Source: Cyanophora paradoxa CCMP329
Lineage: Eukaryota > Plantae > Glaucophyta
Assembly: GCA_004431415.1 (NCBI GenBank)
Contig: QPMI01000439.1
Coordinates: forward strand, 248,001-312,000
Length of the DNA stretch: 64,000 nucleotides
Reading direction: 5' to 3'
Shown one piece after another: positions 34,300-46,200 of the stretch. Both the position numbers and the translations under genes were made by a program. The notes below the pieces were generated by a model. The model worked only from the letters and a program-made list of their open reading frames with translations, made no database searches and was not told the origin of the DNA. Position 1 is the first letter of the stretch, and each line of letters begins with the position of its first letter.

Positions 34300-37200
34300 A
34301 GTTTGCAGCTCGCCCCTTGCGTGCACGTGTGCTTGCAGACTTGCAATTGTGTACGTGTGGTGCAAGAACAAGTCCAAGCAGATAGCTGATCTGGCGTCCT
34401 TGCACAGTAAACCTCTGCTCTCGCCTTTCCAAGCGGCCGCGGGGCTTGTGGACCAGCTGCCGGCCGCGGCGTGCCGGGAAGAAGTACTCTTGCAGCGCAC
34501 GTGCACGTACACGTAGCGGCAATATTAATGCGGAAGGGACGATCGGGAGAGCAGATCTAGAGGCTTTACGCCATCGCCACCGCCCGAGAGCACTCAGAGG
34601 TGAGTGACTGCGAGCACTTCGAAGGCACTCAAGATCGGAAGTATGGAACTGTCGTTCGCCTCCGGATTGGTTTCGCCCTCAAGCCAGCCTGCCGAACGTC
34701 ACCGGCAACCGTATATAAGTGCGATGTAGCCATAGATCCGAATTCGAAACGGGGATGCATATGGCGGGGCCCCGGGGGCGGGCGCACGGTGGACGAGGCG
34801 GCGGGCGCGCTCGGGCCCCACCTCGCCAGGCAGCAGGCCCTGCCGATCCCGCGGGGCGTCCTGTCCTGCCGGAGCCCCCGCCGCCAGCAGAGCCCGCGCG
34901 ACCTCCACGCGCCCCAGCTGTCGGCCGGCCGCTCATCAAGCAGAGCATGAAAAGATTATTGTTGGATGAGCGCCGCGCGCGCACGCGGCAGGCGATGTGC
35001 AGAGGGGTCGACCCCGTGCGGTCCTGCTGCGCCAGAGCGGCGCACGCCTGCGGCGCTGCCAGCATCGCCGAAAGGAGCACGCTCACGTTGTCGAAGGCGG
35101 CAACCGCCACGTGAATCTGCGTGTCGTCGATGGTCACGAGCACGGAAACACAGTGGGCAGACTTAGAGCAGGGCCCCGCCGCGGGCAAAGCGGCGTGCCG
35201 GGTTGCGGCCCGACGCGTCAAGCACAGCCACATCCGATGCAGAGGTGAGCACATGGGCGGCCCTCTCGATTGCGCCCCTGCGGATGCGAGCGGGGGTTTC
35301 GGTTGCCAGAGCAGACCAAACAAGAGGGTTGCAGAGCGTACGTATACATATACTTTTTCCATCCTACAAAAGTATCGCTGTTCCCCGCTGGAGGACACGA
35401 TGTCGATGTGGAAAGCCACGGCTGTTGCTCTGCAAAACGGTGCAGGGGCGTCTCTCCTTCCAAATTTTGCATGCGCGCCAGCTTCGCGGCCACCGCGCCA
35501 TAAACGTGTCAAGGGCGAGGGAAACAAGTGTCTCGAGACGTATTGCACCTTGGGGCATCGGTGCAAAACCTTGATAACGAAGTCAGCGCCGCCGTCGGCT
35601 CCAAACCCTGTGAGGTGCAGGCAACAGTTTCCGTCGAAATCCTGCCGAGATATGGAGTGAGAGGATCTTCGAAGCGCTTGGCGGATTGCTTAAGATTAGA
35701 GGTGCGGGTTTCCGTGCCTGGGCCCTGGGGTCCGAGAGGGGCAGGAGGGCGGCTGCGGCCGCAAAGTTCCCCTTCCAGCACGCCAGCGCCAACGGGGTCC
35801 GTCCTGCGGGCTAGGCCTCAGATGCGGGCTTGCAATTGCAGATCGAAGGGTTCGAGGGCGAGGCTGAGCGGACCCAGCGGGTCCGTAACGGAGAGGGCGG
35901 CCCTAGGGTCCTTGCAAGCGCCAAGAATGTCTTCAATCGTCAGCGCGGCGTTCTGCACCGCAGCCTGCCGCAGGCGTATGTGTGCAGAAGCACAAGTAGA
36001 GATGAGAGAAAGCTGATCCAAAGGCGGCGCAGAAGCGGGCCAAGTCGCACGTAGTGGAAGACCGTGCACCCGTGCTCGTCCGGGGTTCCGTCCAGCTTCA
36101 CGCCTCGAGAGCGGAGGCCGTCTAGCGCCAGCCCCAACGATTTGGCGTACGTGCGCCAGTCGACGTTACGGGCGGAGCCGACCGGAGCTTCGAAAGCACC
36201 ATGGCCGATGTTAACGTTTCTGGAAGAGTCGAGATCCAGAGCAGAGCGTGCAGCGTCGGGAGTCGACGTCGCTGGCAGAGCCGTAGGTTCCGGGACAGTA
36301 GAAGTCCACTTCTTTTTGCCGCTGCTGACCATCCGGTAGTCGTCCCATCGGATCTCTTCGTTGGACTTACCCGCGTACTCGGGCATAGCAGTAATCGATT
36401 GGATTTGGGTGTCGATGTTCTCAACGTAGTCGGGTTGCCACGTCACACGGTACCTCGGGAAGCCCGTTCCAACAACGGCGTGATAGTCGAAGGGTGGCCT
36501 TGCAGGGACGAGCCCGAGGAGTTGGAAGATGGGCCGGGGGCCTTTGGAGGCCCAACGGGCCGGGTCCGCGCCATGCTGGAGCAGGAGCAAGACAATGTTG
36601 GGTGCGCCAGCCTCGCATGCCGCCAAAAGCGCCGTTCTGCGCAAATTTCGAGAGAGGTGCAGGATCAGGTTCGAATTCGGAAAGTCTAAGACACGATGAA
36701 TGGAATCTTCCACCCTCGGGCCGGGCCTCACCTTCCCTCCAAATCGGTGGCGTCGATGTCGATAGCACCGTCACGGTCTGCAGCATTAAGCAGATCCCGC
36801 ACGGCGGGCTCATCCGATTTCTCGGCAGCCAATATAAGGTGCCCCTTCAAGATTTGATCCGCCAGGACCGCGTCATCAGATCTCTCGCAAGCTGTAGCAG
36901 CCGCACCCGTCTCCGGATTGGTTTCTCCCTCCAGCCAGTCTGCAGAACGGTGACGTCGAGTCAACCGATAAGTGCGATAAGGCCATAGATCCGAATTCAA
37001 AAGGGGGGGGGCATATGGCGCGGCCCCCGCCGCGCGTGCGAACGCACGGTGGACGAGGCGGCGGGCGCGCTCGGGCCCCACCTCGCCAGGCAGCAGGCCC
37101 TGCCGATCCCGCGGGGCGTCCTGTCCTGCCGGAGCCCCCGCCGCCAGCAGAGCCCGCGCGACCTCCACGCGCCCCAGCTGCCGGCCGGTGTGAGCGCCCC

Positions 37201-40200
37201 CGCTCCTTAGCAGAACATGTCCAGAATGTTAATATTGTCGAGCGCCGCGCACGCGGCAGGCGATGTGCAGAGGGGTCGACCCCGTGCGGTCCTGCTGCGC
37301 CAGCGCGGCGCACGCCTGCGGCGCTGCCAGCATCGCCGAGAGGAGCACGCTCACATCGTCGAAGGCGGCAACCGCCACGTGAATCTGCGTGCCGTCGATG
37401 GTCATGAGCACGGAAATGCGGTGGGCAGATTTAGAGCAGGGCCCCGCCGCGGGCAAAGCGGCGTGCCGGGTTGCGGCCCGATGCGTCCAGCGCAGCCACA
37501 TCCGATGCAGAGGCGAGCACATGGGCGGCCCTCTTGATTGCACCCCTGCGGATGATGAAAAGGTGACTAGAACCCCTTCGGATCAAGGCTTCTGACTATC
37601 CCACGGATCTCTAGACGGGCAGTAGGGGGACTACGCACACGGACGGGCTCCGTGGTGGTCAGAGTAGCCTGGACCCCGTTGTAACCGGCCCCCTGCTGAA
37701 CAACAGCAGCGGCGCCCTCGGGCAGAACCGGCGTAGTATTATTACAACCGTGAGAGTCCGACATTGTGAGCCTAAAACGCGGGTTTTGATCAGCGGCCGG
37801 TTCACAAGAATCAGGGGAAAGCATGTCGTAGGAATCAGACTCAGAGCACCGTACGAAGGTGAAGAGAGTCAGGTGGGCGGGGCGTCGGCGCCTAGCTTGC
37901 TGCGATGCGGCAGCAACCAGGCGGGCTTCGCGGACTGCTCCTTTCTGCGAAATTACTGCGAGTTATCGAGTCGGCTTATAATAAGGGACGGGTACCACCG
38001 TCTTCCGTTTCGATCCCTCCCGAGAATCGCCCGATTTCCGGAAATTCCGGAAATCGGAGGATCCTCGTCCAATAGTCGCCAGTCCTTCGACGGCCGAGTA
38101 CTAGTGCCGACGGAAGCCGGCTCGCCAAGTTGGCTCGTAATGTTAATTGCCCCTAGCCGTCGTGAGCTAGTTAGATAAATAGTTATCCATATGGCTTTTC
38201 TTGCGTGCCCATGCCACGCCGTAGTTCGTGCACGTCCGTTGTTCGGAGCTTGCCAAGTTGCTCCTGGCCTGATCGGTCCGAGCCCCTTAGGCTGGTTCGA
38301 TTCGAGCCCTTAGGCTGGACTACCGTAGAGAATAGTAGTGCTGCAACGCCGGACCTTTCCGGGCTTCGAGCCTGGATTACTACGTATACTCGAGTGCGGC
38401 TAGTTAACTGAATATTATATTCGGTCGAAAAAGCAAACCGGGTACGGCCACACGGCCTTAACATGCCGGCCTCCACCAAGCGTCGACCTCGACGCTTTAA
38501 AAAGCAAACCGGGTACGCCTTACGGCAAAGACAAGAGGTTCTCGATCGGAAAGGGTCGCAACCGCGAGACATGGACCTCGATCAACTGACCAGGTCGATG
38601 AAAAATTCGGGGATCATCCGGTACCGACCGGATCTTTACCCGAGACCCGCTCACTGCCTCCTCGACAATATATGGTCCGGAATACCCAGAAGCGGCAGCC
38701 TGTCCAGGCTTTTTGGTTCTCTCCGGTGGCAGATATAAATCAACTGGATCGCCGACTTTGAAATTCCTTCGGCGCCCCTTGTCGATCCAACCGTGCTTAA
38801 TTCTCAAGCTCTGTTTGAACAGATTCAAAAAGGCCATCTGCCAATCAGCAATTTGCTGATTTTTGTGGATTTTTAACCAAGCCGTGAGTACTTCATTAGA
38901 AGCGGGTAACTGGACTATCGACCTGTACATTGCCGACGTTGGCAGATCACTGCCAGTCGACCGCGGTTCAATATTAATTTCCGGTCCGTGTGCAGCGCTA
39001 CTAGTAGTACCACTAGTAGTTGAAGAGCGCGCGGACACCGCACTGCGCATGCCATCCCCAGGGCCGCCAAGGCCAAGGCCAGCGTTGGTATCATTATTAG
39101 TGCCAGCTGCAGCCTCGGCTGCAGCTGTGGCATTGCCGCTCGAGCTGGTCGAGTCCGCTATATGCATATGCTGCTCAGCTAACAGTGCATGTCTATGCAT
39201 TTGGCGTGTATACGTATGCATATCGCCTTCGTTATCTGCGCCCATATCGACCTCAGCGTGTTCAACGCCGCCCGCTGCAGTCGCCTGCGCGCCTCGCAGC
39301 TTAGGGGGTCGACGTGTAGACGGTTTCAGAAGCGCGGGGCCAGGGCTCGTAAAAGTGAGCTGCTTAGATATACCAGCTATATATATCATAGCCGCCGCTG
39401 CTGCAGTTGCGTCGGAACGCCAGCGGCATCGCATATGTGTACGCATACGTCCCGCGCTGCTGTGCTTGTTGGCTACTAAGCGCCAGCCGTTCGTACAGGC
39501 GGAATCGCGGATCCAGACCGCATCTTCGTCCACTGCGTCGGCCGCCACCGTAGTCTTTGCGGGTCCAAACGCTGCTGTCTGCGCCTCGACTGCCGTGAGC
39601 CGCGGCGCGCCCTCTGCGAGCGTAGGCAGTGACGCGTAATGTAAATCGATCGGGAGATAAGGATCATATCCGCGCATGAGCCGGAACGGCGTGAATCCCG
39701 TAGCTTGAGAAACCGTCGTGCGCATAGCTAGCAGTGCCTCGCCGACCACACGTGTCCAGTGCGTCTTACGATCACTAGCTAAGCTACGGATTTTAGCTTC
39801 TAGCGTCTGATGACCGCGTTCCAGCACACCTTTCGCTTGCGGCGTATATGCTGGCATGATTACCAATTTAATCCCCATCGAGGTGAGAAACTCGCGCACT
39901 TCTTTCGACGTGAAAGCTGACCCTTGATCGCATTCAAGTTCGATCATTAAGCCGTGCTCGTAGATCACCGCCAGGATTGCTTGAATAATGGTCTGCGCAT
40001 TTACGCTTTCATGCGCCGACGCACACATCCATTTACTGAACGTGTCTTCGAAGGTGATCAACGCCTTTCCCCCCTTGCCAGCGAAATTGACTTCGTCCAT
40101 CTGCCATCGCTGCATAGGCCGAGACGAATATCGCGGCGTAGGCTCTTTGCTAGTCGGCCTATCGAATTTCTGGGTGCGGCAGTGCTCGCACAGAGATACA

Positions 40201-43200
40201 TATTTGCGAACCGAGTCCCGCATCCGGGGCCAATAAAAATTCCGCTGAAGTCGATTATTCGTCGCATGATAACCGCCGTGTCCCGATCCAAAGCCGCTAT
40301 GCGCTTCTTTAATAATTTCCTTTCGCAGGGAAACTGGGATCACGATGCGCTCACGTGTCTCTCCGTGAGGATACGATAGATGAAGCAGCAGACCGCCAGG
40401 ACCTAACTTATAATCCTGTGACTGTACAGCTAACGCCTCGCGTTCCTTGACTGTAAGCTTTTGTGCTGCTTCACCACCTTCCATAAAATCAATTAATGCC
40501 CGCCAGGTCGGATCGTCGCGCTGTGCGTCACGTACGCGAGGATCCGCTGTGGCCGACGACTGCTGGGTCGTCGCTACGGCAGGTAACTCCCCCCGCTGCT
40601 GCACTCGACGTTTGCGCTGGCGCCGACTCCTGCACAGCGGGCAGATATCGACTGCTGCGCGTACGATGCGAACCATCCAGCCCGGAATCGCTGCGCCTGC
40701 TATATTTGAGGCATCTTTCACTTTCTGCAGCGTTTTCCGGAATCCGAGGCAAGGTCCCTGCCGGCCTCGCCTGTCTTGCCCTGGCATAATATGCAGACTG
40801 AGCACTGCCGCCTGACTCAAAGGAAGTTTATCGATGTGCTGCTTCCAGCTGCGAGTACCCATGAGCTGCTCTGCTCTGGGGTTGTCTGCTGGTGCTAGTG
40901 TGAAATGCACAATTCGCGGCGGCTGCACCACTGGCTTGTTCTTAAGCCGGTGCGCTACCTCTCTTCTTTTTAGAAATTCCGTGATCGCCAATCGATCACC
41001 CTGACTAGCAAGTGTTGCCGTCAGGTTCAGCTTTGCTAGCTCGAATAGGGACGGGGGCCCGCTGCCCGCTTGAGCCGGTGCGAGCAGGTTCGTGAGCGAC
41101 GCGGCTAGTGTAGCCGGGCTCTCTGTGCCCACGTTATCCTCAAGCTCGTTTTCCTCATTTTTCGACGCAGAGACCGCATTCACGCCCAGGCTGGGGCTTG
41201 AGTCACTGTCCGTCTGCGTTGACACCTCCGAGGTAGTCACATCCCTCCGGGGTCTCACTTTACCATAATAGTCATATAAACGCGAGATCACGTCCGCATC
41301 ACCGTTGATTTTACCCTTCACGTGCTCGATCGTGAATGGCATAAATCTCTGCAATTTTACTGCCCATTTTGTCGCGCGATTTGCTGCCATCCCGCTTAAG
41401 GGATAATTTGGCTTGAAAATTGCCAGCAGCGCCTCATGGTCCGTACGCAGGGTGAAAGGTCCGAGTTCCAAGTACGGTCGGAACTGTTCCGTAATTGCCC
41501 AGACTGCTGCTGCACCCTCGAGGTCCGTCGGCCAGTAGTTGCGCTCCGAGTCAGTGGTCGTCCTGCTGGCACAACCCACAATATATTCACGACCTTGACC
41601 GTCTTTTTGTTTAAGAATTGCGCTGAAGCCGTCCACGCAAGCGTCAGTCTGTACAATGAAGGGTCGACCGAAGTCCGGATATTGCAGCACCGGTGCAGAT
41701 GTCAGTCTTTTCTTTAGCTTTTCGAAAGCTTCTTGCTGCGCCTCCTTCCACATCCACGGTATCCGTGCCCGTAATAAGGACGTGAGAGGGGCTGCTAGAA
41801 CAGAAAATCCTTCAATAAATTTCCTGTAATAAGACGCGAAACCCAGAAAACCTCGCAGCTGACGGACTGTCTTAGGCTGCGGCCAGTCATGAAGAATCTG
41901 GACTTTCTTGGGGTCCACACGTACCCCTGATGCATCGACCACATGGCCCAGTAGTTCGACTTCCGCCTTCGCGAACTTGCATTTTGTGGGTTTCAGACGT
42001 ACGTTCGCCTCATCCAGTCGAGATAACACCTTGTTCAGGTCTCTAGCGTGCGTTTCAATTGACCGGCTGTAAACCACCAGGTCATCGAGGTAACACAGCG
42101 CGTGCGTCCATGCCAAGCCGGAAAGGATAATATTCATGGCGTTTTGAAAGCTCCGCGGCGCTCCCGAGAGACCAAACGGTAGTTGCGTGAATTCAAACTG
42201 TCCTTCACTCGTCCTGAAGGCAGTTTTCTCTTTGCTTTCCTCAGATAAGGGCAGCTGCCAATACCCTGAGACCATATCGAGCGTGGAGAATATTACTGCG
42301 CCTTGCAGATTATTGAATATATCGTCGATGCGAGGAAGCGGGTAAGCATCCTGTTTTGTGATTGTATTCAACTGACGGTAATCTACGCAGAACCGCCAAG
42401 TACCATCCTTCTTTTTCGCCAATACTACTGGAAATGCCCACGGCGATTTTGAAGGTACGATCACTCCAGCGTCTAACTGTTCCTGAATGATTTTTCGAAT
42501 TTCGGCCCTTCGAATAGGGTCCATTTGACGCAGGGGGACACGAATTGGCCTGTGATCACCGGTGTCGATTACATGCGCAAATTCTGCAGGCATCGTTTTG
42601 CCTGGCTCTACCTTATAGCTTAAGGTAAACATATGTCGTTTTGCATAAAGCACATCATACACCGAGTCGCGTAAGCAGCGGGGTAGCTCGTCGAAGCCGA
42701 CGTCTAGTCTGGTTTTTAGCTCTTGCCAATCTTTGTCAGCTGCTTTAGCCTGACACTCTTTGCAATGTGCTTGCCCACACCAACAGGTGGTTGGCTCAAG
42801 CTGGCCGCGTGCTGCCTCAGCTACTGCTGCGACTGCGGCGCGCATCGCTGGTTCCTTACTGTTCACTGCGCCGTTTTCAAATATGGTGCTTATATTTAAT
42901 TGTGATGCCTCTGTCCAGTAGCCGACCGCCGTGCCTTTGCGCAGGACGACGCCCTTGACGCTGGGGTTCAGCACTCGCACTGTACATGTGCCGCCGTCCC
43001 ACTTGGTCACGGTGTCTGCAGGCATGAGGTCGTGCTGCACTGCAAATGCTCCGGACCGTTCCATCAAACCACAGGTCCCGTCCTTCGGCTGAGTGAGGGC
43101 GTCTCGCAGCACCAGCTGAATATTTTTCTCAGATGCCGGAGGGATGCGCACGTCCTCGGGCAGCGTCATCGCTGGTGCCTTCTCGTCATTCATCATTTTT

Positions 43201-46200
43201 ACTTGTTCGTCCATTTTATCTTTATGGATCAGCAGTCCGTCCGCTAGGTCTATTAACCAGCGATTTGCTTTGACGAAGTCTGCGCCTAGAATGACGTTCG
43301 TTGGCAACCGCTTCCACACGAAGAAAGGCTGCCGAGCATGTACCATGCTCCCTAGGGTGATGTCAAGATAGATCAGCCCTACGCACTTAACCGGAGAGCC
43401 GTCCGCTGTTGCAAACGAGCATGTGAACGAGCGGTCGATATGCTTCTCCAAGCCAAAGTGTTTAATCACCGCCTCTGCAACGATTGAATAAGCTGCACCG
43501 CTATCTATTAATGCATCGATAGCGCTGTTGCTATTGACCTTGATTTTTACATAGGCGTGGACGCCTCTCCGTCGCGTCGAGGTGGGTGCTAGCACCTCGG
43601 CCTCCGTTAATAATTCCGCAACTAGTGCGTCTACCTCATTCTGATCTGTGGGGATTGTATACAGATCTGCAAAATTGATGCTCATCTCCGCCGTGTTTGC
43701 TGCGGGCGCTGGAGATGAGGTTTCCTTTACACACAGCCGCTTGCCGGCGCGCTGTAAGTCTCGCTCAACCAACTTGCGATTAGTTGGGATAAAGAGCTTT
43801 CTTTCGACTCGTTTAGGTGCGACCGGACTAAGTCCGCCTTCGCTTGCGGCCTTTTGTTGGTCCGCTCCACGAGGGGTTGGCTCACCATGATCAGGTACCG
43901 TCGCCGAGTCAGGAGACTGTGCAGCGCCGAGGCTGCTCGTCCCCTCTTTCATCCCCATATCAGAAGTACGTCCAGACCGCACGGCTAACTCAATACTCCC
44001 CACCTGAGCGTCCCCAGGCGAGGCGAGCCGAGCATGTGACGATCCAGCCATCCTCTCTTGAGAGCTTTGCCCCTGGGCGCCCTTCGAGCGATGCTCTTTG
44101 AGGTACGCCGCCTTGGCCTTTGACCTTGCTGGTCTGGGCCGGGGTCGAGCTCCCGCATCCTGCACTGGCGCTGAGCCGGGGCCAGTCTTGCGCAGGGCAT
44201 AGGTGCCTTCGGTCACGCCGACGCTGTCCTGGGGCCCCAGGATGCCTTCGGTCATGCCGACGCTGCCTGCATCTTCCAAGTCGAGCGCGTGTTCTTCAGC
44301 TTGCAACGGGTATTCATCGTCCGTTTCGTATTTACGTTTATTTTGCTGCTCCGTTTCACACTTGGAAGGCGTCGAGCTCACGTCCTCGACTGTGAGCACT
44401 GCATACGGGTTCCTGTCCGCGAAATCACGCGTATTTACAGGTGACTGTACAACCGAGCGACTCGGCTGAGCTCGCTCGCGACTGACTTTATTTGCAGTTT
44501 TACGCTGAGGGCCTCCCGCCCTGGCTACGAAAGTTCAACTCTTGCAGCTGCTGCTGGAGAGCCGCGATCGCTGCGGTCTGCCTCTCCTTCTGCTGCTCTT
44601 CGTCCTGCTTCTTCTTAAAGAAGCACTTGTCCGCAGTGTGATTGAACCGGCCACAGAAGTCACACTGGACGTTCGAGGCTGCGCCTTGCGACTGGAAGGG
44701 GCGGCCCTGATAGCCTCCCTTTCCCTTGAAAGGTTTCTTACCCCCGCCTTGCGAGAAATTCTCGTCCTGGCGCTGACGCTTGAACCCAGAGCCGAAGCTC
44801 TGCTGCTGCTGGGGCGGCTGCTGGCGCATCCCACGAGCGGCTGCAGTTCCCTCTTCCATCTTGCGGGTGCGGCATTCAGCTATAATGTGCCCGCTCTTCC
44901 CACAGTAATTGCAGATGATCCGGCCGTCAGCATCAAAGCCGGCGTTCGGAGGGCGTTTGCGCTCCGGCCTCTGCTGCCGCTGATCGGACCGCGGGCGTTG
45001 ATACCCCTGGCCCTGCTGCGGGTACCCCTGCTGCTGCCGCTGGTATCCCTGCGGCGCGGGCTCACTGTACCCTCCCGCAGTTTCAGGGCGCTGGCCAACG
45101 TGATCGCGGACTTCCACGATGTTGGCTCGCAGCGTCGCCAGCTCGCGAGTGAGTCCCACGTCGCGCTCGCGCAAGGCCTCGCTGATCACCTCTTTGAGGG
45201 CGGCGGGCGTCGCGGCTGGAGGTGGTGGCGGAGCCAGACCCATGGGCTCCTGGACTGCGGCCACTTTTGCCGCCGCGGCCTGGATAGCGTAGGCGGCGTC
45301 GTCGGTGACGTACTCGACGAATAGCTTTTCCCAGGTAGCCACGTTGCTATTTGCCGCCGTGAGCTTCCTGTAGGCTTTGTGCGCCAGCTTATGCAGTCGC
45401 TTATTTTCGCTCAAGGCCATTGCCATCGCGTTTATTAATGTCGAATCGGTCCAGACGTTTTCCATATTCAGTAGGCGTCGATAGGAAATGCAGTCCTTCA
45501 CGTACATGCCGGCCTCCAGTGAGCCTGGCCGATCGATCTCACAGAGAGACGAGGCGGCCTCTTGTATGTGCTGCCTTAGTACAGCCTCCGGGTTCTGAGC
45601 CTCCGTGTACTTGTTTATAATATATGTGCGCAAAGCCTCGTAGTCATTTCGATCGAGTGCGGCCTCCCGCTCAATGCAGCGCACTAGACTCGTGGCCGTG
45701 AGCTGATTCGACCGCCGAAGGCACTTCATAAGTGCGTTCGCGCGCGCCTTCGAAACCTCCGCGGGCGTGTCGCCCTCGATACTAGCGCTAAAGAGATCAT
45801 ACTCTTCAAGGAAGCGAAGTATCTTATTGCCTCGCAGTTCAGGCAGTGGAAGATCCTTTCTATCCGAGTCCACCTTAAACTGCTTGATAGCCTTAGCTAC
45901 GGCTTCCGTCGCCGCTACTGCTGCGTTGGCAGCCTGCACAGCCATTGCTCCTGTTTGATTGAAATAGGATATGCTACCGAGCAGGGCGGGTTGGAAGGGA
46001 GGGAAAAGAAACTTTGATGTCACTGCGCTCGTTCCAAAAAGGAACGTATAAGGAACCGGTCACAGAGATCGATATACAAAGTACGGGCGCACTGCCTCCG
46101 GGGCCGTAAACGACGATCCGAAGCACTGAGAACCGATGCCCAAAAGTTGACCGTCAGCGGATGTACAGTCTACAAGCGGCAAGACGTATACGTACTTTTG

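Noticed and set aside
37567-38411. Small ORFs inside the LTRs
   Set aside because: No domain similarity; they are duplicated only because the LTR is duplicated.
38520-38800. Chromodomain at the integrase C-terminus
   Set aside because: The ORF ends shortly after the GPY / VHVSRLRPF module, with no aromatic-cage chromodomain pattern.
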